Shown here in pieces: positions 36,073 to 48,715 of a stretch of 64,000 nucleotides of DNA. The position numbers and the translations under genes are program-made. The notes under the pieces were generated by a model. It did not search any database and was not told the DNA's origin. It worked only from the letters and a program-made list of their open reading frames with translations. The stretch is from Octopus sinensis (lineage: Eukaryota). The DNA lies in contig NC_043001.1 of the NCBI RefSeq assembly GCF_006345805.1, positions 89,776,001-89,840,000 on the forward strand. The letters run 5' to 3'. How positions within the stretch are numbered: the stretch's first letter is position 1; every line of letters begins with the position of its first letter.

Positions 36073-37370
36073 GAGACAGCGAGCTGGTGGAAATGTTAGC
36101 ATGCTGGATGAAATGGTTAGTAGTATTTCACCTATTGCTATTTTCTGTGTTCAGATTCCGCCGAGGTCGATTTTGCTTTTCATCCATTCAGGGTCGATAA
36201 AATAAGTACCAGTTGAACACTGGGGTCGATGTAATTGACACATCCCCACGTCCACCTAAGCTGCCCTTGTAGAAAAAATTTGAAATAATTATTATCTATC
36301 TATAATACATTAAAAGTGAGCTTGAATCTTGTTTGCTTGCTTGCTTGCAGTGTTACCCAGTCGAACTGGCACATAATGGGAAAATACTATGAATTAAGTG
36401 CCCCTGAAATGTGAATACAAATGGAATAAAACAAGTTTCATGTGAATCAAACAACTGGTTATTGAGATATTCGGGGTTTTCAGGGTATAAATACCTGAAA
36501 AAGTGCATAATGGGAAAATTCTCTGAAAATAACTTAACTCCGAAAGGGAAGAAACTCTTACCTTTTGATTAGACACAGTGACTTGGCAATGAAAAAATAT
36601 GATTTGTTTTTTTACAGTAAATGTTTTTATTTTCGCTTTTGTTAAATGCAATATTTTAATAATTTAGAAAAATTTTTGAGTGAATGTGATTTCAAAAATG
36701 TAAGTTGTTTGTATAGTAAGTATTTATATTTTAGCTTTCTTTAAACAGACAATATTTTAATGTTTTTAAATTATTTTCAAGTGAATACCATTACAAACTT
36801 TTTTTTGGCACATTTGAAAAATATTTTAAAGTGAAAATGACTTTAAAAATATTGTAAATATTTCATAAAAGACCCATTCATAACCTTGGTGTGAAATAAT
36901 TGTTTTCCATAGGTTTTTTTCGAGTGCATTCAATGTATCTCACCTCCAAAGATGGGGCTGCTATTTCTAGCACACTTTGCTATCGCGTAATTGCTCTTTG
37001 TGATAAAGGACCCAAAATACCTGTTACATGATAGCAGGGCATTCTAGAAACAGCAGCCATATCTTTCCTTTTCTGGAGAAAGGAGCCATTTATGCGTGAT
37101 TTCGATCTATTGGTGGGAAACTCGGACTTTCTCAATGATCCAACGGGTCACAGGTAGTCTAGTTATTATTAAGGTGGTGAGCTGGTAGAATTGTTAGCAC
37201 ATTTCTTCTGGGTCTTTATGTTCTGAGTTCAAATCATGCCTAGGTCAAAATTTATTTTCCACCCTTTCAGGGTTGATAAAATAAATTATCAGTGATCAAC
37301 AAAGCCCTCTCTTCTAAAATTGCTGGCCTTATGCTGAAATTTGAAACAATTATTATTATTATTAGGCATT

Positions 37371-37595
37371 TCCTGATGACGTCACTGCTGTGGTGTTGAA
37401 AAGTAAACACATTGAGATAATTGGCACCATTCTCAGAGTATGTGGTGGTATCAGGAGTGAAAATTAACCAGGAAAAGTCAGTGAGCTAGCAGCTCAGCAC
37501 CTGGAGAAGCAACTCCATGCCATCCAACTGTGTCATTGGTTGCTGGACAGACTGACCAGTTATTTTGCTTGGGTTTTGGTTCAGTCTGGACCTCT
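37371..37595 (+). mobile_element. Tx1/L1-like RT fragment
   Basis: FPDDVT (YADD-like)..SGVKINQEKS..STWRSNSMP..WTD*PVILLGFWF. Confidence 0.6.
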
Positions 37596-37609
37596 TGTGC
37601 CTACATACA

Positions 37610-38115
37610 TACATATGTGAATGTTAGAAAGGAATGAGACTAGAATGCTCTGCTAGAGGTATAATGTAAGTGCACATGTTTGGCAGAGTGCTAATGTTCT
37701 GAGAGAGAAGTTAGGTATCAGAGGAACTTGTTGCTATGTGCAAGAGAAGAGACTGCACTGGTTTGGTCATTTAATGTGGATGGATGCTGATATCTCCATA
37801 AAGAAATGCCATCCTTTCAAAGTGGATAGAACACAGGAAGACATAGGATGGAGTACTGAAGAACAACCCCTGGAAGCTGAACCTTTTAGATAAGACTTGT
37901 ACCCGGCAGCAGGGTACCCAATCCTTCAGGTTGTGTAAAGCATCCATGGTGTTGCCATGTAAAGGTGCCTATGTGACATCATGTAAAAGCATCCAGTACA
38001 CTCTGTAAAATGGCTGGCATTAGGAAGCCATACCAAATCAGACTGGAGTTTGGTGCAACTCTGGTCACACTCTCCAACGCATGATAGCACGGACAACAGA
38101 CATTAAATGATGATG
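37610..38115 (+). mobile_element. Old RTE-clade LINE 3' fragment
   Basis: HWFGHLMWMD motif, RTE-type 3' UTR and (GAT)n tail. Confidence 0.65.
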
Positions 38116-38116
38116 A

Positions 38117-38160
<44 letters not shown>

Positions 38161-38184
38161 TTATATGTATATATATATATCCTC

Positions 38185-38588
38185 AGAAGTGGCTGTGTGG
38201 TAAGTAACTTGCTCACCAACCGCATGGTTCTGGGTTCAGTCCCACTGCATAGCACCTTGGGCAAGTGTCTTCTACTATAGCCTCGGGCCGACCAAAGCCT
38301 TGTGAGTGGATTTAATGGACGGAAACTGAAAGAAGCCCGTCGTATATATGTATATATATGTACATATGTGTGTGTATGTACGTGTATATGTTTGTGTGTC
38401 TGTGTTTGTCCCCCAGTATCGCTTGACAACTGATGCTGGGGTGTCTATGTCCCTGTAACTTAGCGGTTCGGCAAGAGAGACCGATAGAATAAGTACTAGG
38501 CTTACAAAGAATAATCACTGGATCGATTTGCTCGACTAAAGGTGGTGCTCCACCATGGCCACAGTCAAATGACTGTAACAAATAAAAG
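38185..38588 (+). mobile_element. SINE family A
   Basis: Full-length match. Confidence 0.9.
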
Positions 38589-38610
38589 AATATATATATG
38601 TACACATATA

Positions 38611-39400
38611 CAGGGGGCGATGAGTAAATTATTGTCATTTCATATTTTTGATTTTGCGCATGCACATTGTTTTTGATTTTGTTGACTACACAGTATAGTA
38701 GGGTCAGTTGGGCATCATCTGTGAGAAAAACAGCACCATGATGCAATTCACTCCACCAGAAATTTGGGAACAACATGCTTGGCATTTGTACTGGCATTTG
38801 TGCTGGAAGTGATAAGAATCGTGCTGGAATGATAAGAATCAAACATCCAGTCAATGTCTTGGTGTTTGGAGTGATCATTACTGATGGCAACATTATGCCT
38901 CCATTCAGCTTCCCATACGGTCTCAGATTCAACATGGAGGCCTACATTAAGTGCCTGGAAGAGGTAGTGCTACCCTGGTTCAAGAGAGTGGCTGCTCAAA
39001 GACCCTATATCTGGCAACAGTTCTCTGCACCATTCAACACAAGCAGGAGAACCCAGTTATGGCTGTCAGACAATTTCTGCAACCACATCACCCCCCTAAC
39101 ATCTGGCCACCTAACTCCCCAGATTGCAACTCACTTCATTATTATGTGTGGGGTGCAGTTGAGTGAAGGACCAATAAAACTGAAGGCAAGGATTAGGGCA
39201 GCATACACCAACATAAACAAGGAGACCACCCAGAAGAGTTGCAGGAGGTTCTGAAGTCATCTGGAGGCCATGGTTGAAGCCAATGGTGATTTTATTAAAT
39301 AAATTTACTCTTTAGTATTTGAAGATATTTTTATGTAATTTTGGTAAATATATCTGCTAAAATGAGATGTCATTTCTATTTTCATTTTGCGTATTTTAGA
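38611..39400 (+). mobile_element. Non-autonomous maT (DD37D) transposon, copy 2
   Basis: IKHPVNVLVFGVIITDG..IWQQFSAP..IWPPNSPDCN. Collinear with 7626-8450. Confidence 0.85.
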
Positions 39401-39442
39401 CAGCATATTCACCACACACACTATATATATATACATATATAT

Positions 39443-39482
<40 letters not shown>

Positions 39483-39551
39483 TATAGGTATATATATATA
39501 TATATAGTATATATATATATATATTATGTATATATAATATATATATATATG

Positions 39552-39583
<32 letters not shown>

Positions 39584-39588
39584 GTATG

Positions 39589-39649
<61 letters not shown>

Positions 39650-39697
39650 GTATATATATATATGTATATATATATGTATATATATATATATGTTTAT

Positions 39698-40065
39698 ACT
39701 AGCAGTATCGCCCGGCGTTGCTCAGGTTGTAGGGAAATAACTATAAAGCATTTTTAGAGAGTTATAGCCAAAAAATGGAAAAAATATGGTAAATTTTTTT
39801 TTGAGAGTTAAAAAAGGATGGAGTTGCGTCCCCTAGACAGTTTGTGGTTCGTGTTTCTGATTCTCGACCCCATGTCGAATTTATCGATTTTTTTCAGAAC
39901 TGGGGGAACTTTCAAAATTTTGGCTGCGTTAGTTTTGAATTATGACATTGGGCTATGGTGTGTCAAGTTTCATCAGAATCGGTTGAAGGCCGTGGTCAGG
40001 GTGAGGGTACAAGCAAACAGACACACAGAAACACGCACAGAAAACTGCCGTTTATATATAGAGAG
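39698..40065 (+). mobile_element. HINE/DINE-1-like element
   Basis: Same 5' ~60 bp as 18790. 3' end TTTATATATAGA. Confidence 0.6.
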
Positions 40066-40160
40066 ATATATGTATGTATATATATATATATATGTATCTA
40101 TATATATGTACACACACACATCCATCCATATATGCATGCATGCATACATACATACATACA

Positions 40161-40223
<63 letters not shown>

Positions 40224-40394
40224 TTGAAAGTCTATAAAAATACTTAATACAGTTTTGAAGTGTAAAGGTGATTTATTTTGAAAAAATATTTTTAAAAAAA
40301 TGTGATGAAATCTTTTATCAGGATGTTACTAACCATTTTTTGGGAAGAAGTTCTTTCTTCATGTGTGAGCGCTTTAGCTAGAGAGAGCGAGAGG

Positions 40395-40446
<52 letters not shown>

Positions 40447-40776
40447 ACCTATATGTTTAAGGGCAGTGAACTGGCTGAGTCATTAGCATAGTGAACAAAA
40501 TGTTTAGCAGCATTTACTGGCTTTACACTCTGAGTTCAAATTCTACTGAAGGTGACTTTCATGTTTTTCGGGGCCAATAAAATAAGTACCAGTTGAACAC
40601 TGGGGTTGATGTCATCAACTAACTCCCTGTCACAAAATTTCAGGCTTAGTGGTTAGAGTATTGTACTCATAATCATAAGATTGTGGTTTTCATACCTGGA
40701 CTGGGTAATGCATTGTGCTCTTGAGCAAAACACTTCATTTCATGCTGTTCCAGTCCACTCAGCTGGAAAAAATTAG

Positions 40777-41170
40777 GAGTGGCTGTGTGGTAAGTAGCTT
40801 GCTTACCAACTACATGGTTCCTGGTTCAGTCCCACTGCGTGGCACCTTGGGCAAGTGTCTTCTACTATAGCCTCGGGTCAACCAAAGCCTTGTGAGTGGA
40901 TTTGGTAGACGGAAACTGAAAGAAGCCCGTCGTATATATATATATATATGTATGTATGTATACGTTTGTGTGTCTGTATTTGTCCCTCCAACATCACTTG
41001 ACAATCGATGCTGGCGTATTTATGTCCCTGTCACTTAGCGGTTCGGCAAGTGAGACTGATAGAATAAGTACTAGGCTTACAAAAAATAAGTCCTGGGGTC
41101 GATTTGCTCGACTAAAGGCAGTGCTCCAGCATGGCCGCAGTCAAATGACTGAAGCAAATAACAAAAAAAG
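40777..41170 (+). mobile_element. SINE family A inserted in a SINE family C copy (~40640-41260)
   Basis: Family-C sequence resumes after the family-A tail. Confidence 0.85.
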
Positions 41171-41454
41171 AAAAATCCTGCAATGGACTGGCATCCCATC
41201 CAGTTGGGGAATACATACGCCTCCGAATCCAAGAAACTGGGCCTTGTGAAACTATGGCTTGAGAAGGACCTCTGATATATATATATATATATATATATAA
41301 TTGGTGAATTGAAGAAATGGAGCTGAACGCAGATTGAACAGAAATCGTTTTATTTCATTCTACACGTGCTGTTTACTGCTGTGATTTTTGCTACCAAGGT
41401 ATCGGTTAAACTTTTGATTAATCTACTACAAGATTATTCATCTTTCTATTTCAC

Positions 41455-41513
<59 letters not shown>

Positions 41514-41548
41514 GTAAATATAATATGTGGCAATTATTCAGTAGCCAA

Positions 41549-41605
41549 GATAAAACTCTGAGTTCGGATGCCGAGGAAATCCACACCACAATCTCTTCAG
41601 TTATC
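41549..41605 (-). ncRNA. Minimal type-I hammerhead (GAAA reduced to GAA)
   Basis: GAUAA-CUGAAGA-GAU..AUCC-GAA-CUCAGAGU-U-UUAUC. Confidence 0.6.
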
Positions 41606-41626
41606 CAGCCATCGGAAAAATGGCTG

Positions 41627-41687
41627 GATAACTGAAGAGATTGTGGTGTGGATTTCCACCTCGGCATCTGAAACTCAGACTTTTATC
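41627..41687 (+). ncRNA. Minimal type-I hammerhead (G16.2 changed to C)
   Basis: GAUAA-CUGAAGA-GAU..AUCU-GAAA-CUCAGACU-U-UUAUC. Stem I is a perfect 5 bp. Confidence 0.65.
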
Positions 41688-41786
41688 TTGGCTACCGAAT
41701 AATTGTCACATTATATTTACTGATAAATTCCTCTATTTACATAATATTGAGGTCTCTTTCTTTCTTTTGTTATCTTACCGTTTTTA

Positions 41787-41828
<42 letters not shown>

Positions 41829-41987
41829 GTGTGTGTGTGTGTTTAACCATCTCACATTGTCTGTGATGAAGGGATATCCCTAATTTCCCAGAAACAGCTG
41901 TTAGACCAACTTTGTCTTTATAAATGTCCTGAAAATTCCACACAGCCTAGGCTTTGTTGTCTCATTTTATTTAACACACACACACAC

Positions 41988-42019
<32 letters not shown>

Positions 42020-42731
42020 GCATACAGTGAGTGACAGACAAACAAAAATAGTGACAGAGACAGACAGATCATGAAAATCAACTTCCAATCCAAGATGGAT
42101 GCTTGGCAGGGAACATTCATCAGGTGATGACTCAGTATATATATTAAGCACTAGTTAGTATTGCATGCATCATTGACATAGATATAACACAACATTGAAT
42201 CTGTTCTTTTTTTCTCTGGTTGTCATTACCTATCTTTCTAGTGGTGCAGCTGTATGGTAAGGTGGTGGGAGGTGGAGAGATGGAAGAGTGGAAGAAAGGG
42301 ATAAGGTGTGGGTGTATGAAAATTTGTAGAGAGTAGGTGCAAGGAAATATAAAGGAAAGAACAGTGTGAATAGGAGAGATGGTATGAGGGAGAAGGCGAA
42401 AAAACAAAAAAAATTATAAAGGCCATTGGAGAGGCAAAAAGTTATGACAAAAGTTATGGAAAATATATGGCTTGTATGGTTCTCATAAGCCATATATATA
42501 TATATATATATATATCATCATCGTCATCATCGCTTAACGTCCGTTTTCTGTGCTAGCATGGGTTGGATGGTTCGACTGGGGTCTGGGAAGCCAGGAGGCT
42601 ACACCAGGCTTCAGTCTGATCTGGCAGTATTTCTACAGCTGGATGCTCTTCCTAAGGCCAACCACTCCATGAGTGTAGTGGGTGCTTTTTATGTGCTACC
42701 AGCAAAGAAGCCAATATATATATATACATAC

Positions 42732-42762
<31 letters not shown>

Positions 42763-43169
42763 TGTAAGTAATTAAGTGCAGTGTTATATGACATGCATAC
42801 TCTTTAATTTTTACATTTTAAAACAATTAAGTACTTAAGGCACAATGGGAAAGAAGTGCATAAAATCTATTACATGTATGTCTATGGAAAATAAAAACAC
42901 ACACACACACTCAAAAATACACTTAGAGTTACACACATGCATATACTTACATATATACACATATGTACATACATAGACAAGCAGACAGACAAATACAACA
43001 AGCTTTTTTCAGTTTCTATCAACCAAATCCACTCACAACTCTTTGGTCAGCCCAGAGCTGTAATAGAATACACTTGCCCAAGGTAATGTGTTGTGGGACT
43101 GAACCTGAAACTATAGCTGTGTGGTTAAGAAACAGGTTTCTTAAGACACAGCCATGCACTGAGAAAATT

Positions 43170-43480
43170 TCTGACGCTTGACTATTGATACCTCCTAACC
43201 AGAGAACACCAGCTATTTCCCATGAAGGATTTACCCTGTTTAAAACATCAGCCATCTCCAAGTTGCTGTGATTGACAGCTGGAATCATGTGCCTTTCCAT
43301 TTCCCATATCAGAATGAAAACTCTTGACTTGATGCTGTTGGTGCAACTGAAAGGACAAACTAGGAACTTAAAAAATGGTGCATGGCAGGGTCTCATCCAT
43401 TTATGGCTCACTAAATTTTGTTCAAAAATTCCTAGCAGATCCTGGTTTTTGAAATGCTCTGGCATTTCGTTTCTACCATC
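43170..43480 (+). mobile_element. Highly decayed CRE-like RLE LINE 3' fragment
   Basis: Frameshifted similarity to ..TSAISK.., F.PIAVETLG and ..GNALA motifs. Confidence 0.35.
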
Positions 43481-44542
43481 TCTATCATCCTTCCAGCTAC
43501 TCCCACCCATCCTTGTATAATGCATGCTGATTAGCTATGTAAGTCTTTTATAGCAAGACTCCTGGGTTTGTCCCTCTATCTTACTTTAACCTCTCAACAC
43601 CTAACATAAAACCATGCTGCCTCACAAATACTCGCACCCCCACTTAGTCAAGGAACATTTTCCTTTTCCTTGTTCTTTTTTGTCTCACAAGTTATGTGTT
43701 AACTTCACTGGTGTTTGTGGCACAAGAAAAGGCACCCAATACACACTATTAAGTGATTGATATTAGGAAGGCATCCTGCCATAGAAACCAGACTATAGCT
43801 GACATTGGAGCTCAATGCAGCCTCATTTCTCACCATATTCTCTCAATCCACCCAGTCTATGCCAACAGGGAAAACAGATATTAGATTATTATAATCACAC
43901 ACACACACACACAGTGCTAGATAGTGTGGGATATTCAACAAACAGAAAATTACCTCAGCTTTCACATCCTCACCTGACATATTAATTATTATGTCTTCAC
44001 ATAGAATATTTTAGTATCTAATTAAACAGCTTATTTAATTTCAATGACCAATGTTAATTAGATTTATTATAATCATAAATACCATGTTTGTTTCTTCTGA
44101 TTCATATGTTGCTCACCTCATCTAAATGTGTAGCTTTCATATGTTGACCTCAATGGGTCAAATATTCATAACATTTCCCTGTTTTCAAGATGTCTCACTC
44201 TGTTTTATATTCAATATGTCAAGAGGTCAGGTTGTCAAGGACTGTTATATATATATATATATTACCAATTATTCTCTTTCTTTCACATTTCACATACTTT
44301 TCCTTTATTTCATTGCCCAGCTCTACTTTTGTCCATATCTGTTATCGCCAATCATTCTCTCTCTCCCTGACTTCACCCAAATAGCCCAACCATTTCATCC
44401 ACTCACACTCATCTTTAGTTGCTTCTGCTGTTGCCAGTCATTCTCCTCCTGACACCAGCCCTGCATATCCCTACCTTCTTCTCATCATAAAATCTCCACC
44501 TTCCCACCCATTCTGCTCCTTCTGATGTCATTTAGAAGATCC

Positions 44543-44594
<52 letters not shown>

Positions 44595-45406
44595 TACACA
44601 CACACATACTCACATGAAGATACCTATTTCTGTCCTTTCTGTCAGCATTGTTTCCTCTGTTGTTCACACTGTGCAGTGATTGATTAAATGGGTTGAGAAA
44701 ATGTAAGATTATGAGTTCCTTCTAATCGTGTCTACCTCTCTAGTGTTCAAGCCATGAGAAAATATACCCTGTGCACACAGCAAAATAGTTGGCATTAGGA
44801 AGGGCATTTGATTGAGAAACTAAACCAAACCAAATGATATGTATGAACATCTAGACTTTGGGAGCACTAACTTAAACCATGACACCCCATCTAACCCATG
44901 CTGACATGGAATGTAGACATAAAATGCTGCTGTAATTACAGCTAATGATGGTTGGTTTAATACAAATAATATATTAATGCAGGCATGTGCAAGCTTTTTT
45001 GAGAAGCAGACCACATGAAATATGGTTCATTATTTGGTGGGCAGCATTACTAAAAAGTTAAAATAATTTTTCATTAGGCATGCCATTCAGAAAGTCTATA
45101 GGTCACAATCTGCCTGTGATTGCATTCATGTCTTTATGCCATGGTTGTTTTAACCAACCTTTAAATTAATAATGCAACAATACTTACACTGAATATAATG
45201 TCAAAGATAGTCTGTTAATTACTATCAGTGATAGTTGTCTCTATGTAATGTTATGAACTGTAGCTTGTTCAGTTGTTTTACACTATTTTCTCCATGCTGG
45301 CATGGGTTACATGAATATGATATTGAGGCATTATGGTGTTACAGTTTGCTTCTCTTCCTATCACTAACCCTTATCAGTTTTTCGAGTAAGTGAGCACTTA
45401 TTTCAC

Positions 45407-45409
<3 letters not shown>

Positions 45410-45440
<31 letters not shown>

Positions 45441-45563
45441 ATGTATGTATGTATGTGTATGTATGTATGTATGTGTATATATGTATGTATGTGTATATAT
45501 GTATGTATGTATGTGTATATATGTATGTATGTGTATATATATATATGTATGTATGCATGTGTG

Positions 45564-45594
<31 letters not shown>

Positions 45595-46368
45595 GTGTGT
45601 ATATATATATATGTATGTATGTGTGTGTATATATATATATGTATGTATGTGTGTGTATATATATATATGTATGTATGTGTGTGTATATATATATGTATGT
45701 ATGTGTGTGTTATATATATATATGTATGTATGTGTGTGTATATATATATATATATGTATGTATGTGTGTGTATATATATATATATGTATGTATGTGTGTG
45801 TATATATATATATATGTATGTATGTGTGTGTATATATATATATATGTATGTATGTGTGTGTATATATATATATGTATGTATGTGTGTGTATATATATATA
45901 TATGTATGTATGTGTGTGTATATATATAATATATTTATGTATGTGTGTGTTATAATATATATGTATGTATGTGTGTGTATATATATATATATGTAATGTA
46001 TGTGTGTGTATATATATATATGTATGTATGTGTGTGTTATATATATATATATGTATGTGTGTGTGTTATATATATATATGTATGTATGTGTGTGTATATA
46101 TATATTATGTATGTGTGTGTATATATATATATGTATGTATGTGTGTGTATATATATATATATGTATGTATGTTGTGTATATATATGTATGTATGTGTGTG
46201 TATATATATGTATGTATGTGGTGTTTATATATGTATGTATGTGTGTGTATATATATGTATGTATGTGTGTGTGTTATATATATATATATGTATGTATGTA
46301 TATATATCTAGTATGTATCTTAATATAATATGTATGTATATATGTATATATATATATATGTATGTATG

Positions 46369-46399
<31 letters not shown>

Positions 46400-46830
46400 A
46401 TATATATATATATATGTATTATGCTATGTATATATATATATATATATGTATGTATGTAAGATATATATATATATGTTGTATATATGTATAATATATATAT
46501 ATATAGATGTATATATGTATATATATATATATATGTATGTATAATGTATATATATATATATATATGTATGTATATATGTATATATATTATATATATGTAT
46601 GTATATATGTATATATATATATATATTATATATGTATGTATATATGTATATATATATATATATATGGTATGTATATATGTATATATATATTATATGTATG
46701 TATATATGTATATCTATATATATGTATGTATATATGTATTATATATATATATATATGTATGTATATATATTATTATATATGTATGTATGTATATATATGA
46801 ATGTATGTATATATATATATATATATAAAA
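45410..46830. repeat. 1.4-kb compound (TA)/(TATG)/(TG) array with ~24-28 bp higher-order unit
   Basis: Recurrent TATATATATATGTATGTATGTGTGTG units grading into (TA)n-rich units. Confidence 0.95.
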
Positions 46831-46886
46831 CATTATTGGTGAATTGAAGAAATGGAGCGGAACGCAGATTGAACAGAAATCGTTTT

Positions 46887-46975
46887 ATTCATTCTACACG
46901 TGTTTCGAAGGCACAAATTAACCAAATCCGATTGAATAATGGGACCATATTGTGTCTTTCTCTTCAGGAAGAAAA
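46887..46975 (-). ncRNA. Type-I hammerhead ribozyme with intact catalytic core and palindromic stem III
   Basis: UUUCUUC-CUGAAGA-GAAAGACACAA(loop)UUGUGCCUUC-GAAA-CACGUGU-A-GAAUGAA. Predicted cleavage after GUA, between 46895 and 46894. Confidence 0.8.
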
Positions 46976-47206
46976 AGGAAATCCGTTGGAAAAACAAAAC
47001 AGAACAGAGGCGGAGCAAAAAACAAATCGAACTGTGCTCCTAAGAGCCCATGGCGAAACTGTTTCAGTTTCGCCATGGGCTCTTAGGAGCACAGTTCTTT
47101 GTTTTTTGCTCCGCCTCTGTTCTGTTTTTGTTTTTCCAACGGATTTCCTTTTTTCTTCCTGAAGAGAAAGACACAATATGGTCCCATTATTCAATCGGAT
47201 TTTGGT
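46921..47206. repeat. Near-perfect ~285-bp palindrome (arms ~141 bp, 3-nt loop at 47062-47064)
   Basis: Direct reverse-complement match with only small indels. Confidence 0.97.
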
Positions 47207-47246
47207 AATTTGGTTAAACGATGATGATGATGATGATATATACATC

Positions 47247-47286
<40 letters not shown>

Positions 47287-48499
47287 CATATATATATATA
47301 CATACACACACACACACACATAACACATATATAAATCAGAGAAAAACCACTATTATGCAATTCAAACAATGATAGACATAAACCAAATCATAAATAAAAA
47401 ATATATATATATTTTAAAAGATATAAGTAGATCACAAAAAGTACAAAAAAGAATAAACAATATATAATAATATATAATTTATATAATATATATAATTAAA
47501 TATATATATATCTTTTATTTCAGTTCTTGATTGTTGCCATGATGGGCCACTACCTTGAAAGCTTTAGTCAAACAATGTTTTTTAATCTGGTACACTTATT
47601 CAATTAATCTTGTATGCTGAACCACTAATTTACAGGTATGTAAACAAATGAACACAAACACACACACACACACACACACATACACATGTGCATACACATA
47701 CATAAATACATACATACATATTCAAATGAAAATCTAATAAAACTTTATTTCAAGTTTTATTCACTTTTTAATTACTTCCAATCCTTCCTGAAGTAACCTG
47801 CACCACACCAAAATACACCCTGATGTAATGTATTGTTTGCACTGATGTAATGTGTTGTTTGAGCAGTCACACTGTCCAGCCTAGGTGATATTTGCTCAGT
47901 TGTAGCATTCTTTTGATATTGTTTATTTAGTTATTTTATTCATCCATCAGTTCATTCATTCATTCATTCATTCATTCATTCATTCATTCAATCGTTTATT
48001 CTAAATCCTCAACTTTGGCAATAGGTACCAGATGATATGGCATTGATATGTGTAATAGACTGGTACCCTACCCAGTGGTTGTTTGATGAAAAGTTGCAAG
48101 TTTTTAAAGGAAATGTGAGCAAGCATTACACTAAAATAAGAGTTAAGCTAAAAGGAGAATATTTCACAGTATTGTTCATAAAAAAAAACATTCTTATTAA
48201 AAATAATTAATTATGATTTAGTCATTGAACTAAATGTCAACTTTCCCTCACTGTGTATTTATTTCTGCTGAGATTTTTTTTTTGTCAATTGTATTAAATA
48301 TATTTGTCCTAACTTAACTGTTGTTCTACATGCAGGTGATGTCTTTGGGTAATTAACCATTATAGATCTTTTTTGTTTTATTACAGAGAATAGTTTATAA
48401 ATGAGATTAGGAAAAGAAAGCATTAGGACAGAAAGTTATCTGTGAAGAATATATAGTAATTATTTATAATAGTCATAATAATTTACAATAACAATAATA

Positions 48500-48715
48500 A
48501 TATTCATTTCTATTAAAGGCACAAGACCTGAAATTTGGTAGGCGGGGCCTAGTCAATAACATCGACCCCAGTGTTTCACTGGTACTTAATTTATCGACCT
48601 TGAAAGGATGAAAGGCAAAGTTGACTGTGGCAGGATTTGAACTTAGAACAAAAAGACAGATGAAATGCTGCTAAACGTTTTGCCTAGTATGCTAACGATT
48701 CTGCCAGCTCGTCTT
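48500..48715 (-). mobile_element. SINE B-like copy (CpG-decayed)
   Basis: Reverse-complement match to family B. Confidence 0.8.

Larger units (their letters stand above)
41514..41720. repeat. ~207-bp palindrome carrying two divergent hammerhead motifs
   Basis: ~99-bp arms around the loop CGGAAAA (41613-41619). Confidence 0.92.

Noticed and set aside
37374-37410. CTGATGA...GAAA hammerhead-like spacing
   Set aside because: Coincides with the FPDDVT (YADD-like) codons of a Tx1-like RT fragment, and no stem I forms.
42090-42125. Minus-strand CTGATGA
   Set aside because: No GAAA or pairing stems at suitable distance.
43019-43525. 168-aa minus-strand ORF
   Set aside because: Spans a SINE and the antisense strand of a decayed LINE-like fragment, with no recognisable domain.
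45390-46847. Many long Y/I/M/C/V ORFs
   Set aside because: Artefacts of (TA)/(TG) arrays lacking stop codons.
48336-48348. Possible 13-nt plus-strand microexon (CTAAC branch point, TGCAG acceptor, GTAATT donor)
   Set aside because: Not frame-preserving, weak donor and no other supporting exons. Cannot be supported without RNA-seq.
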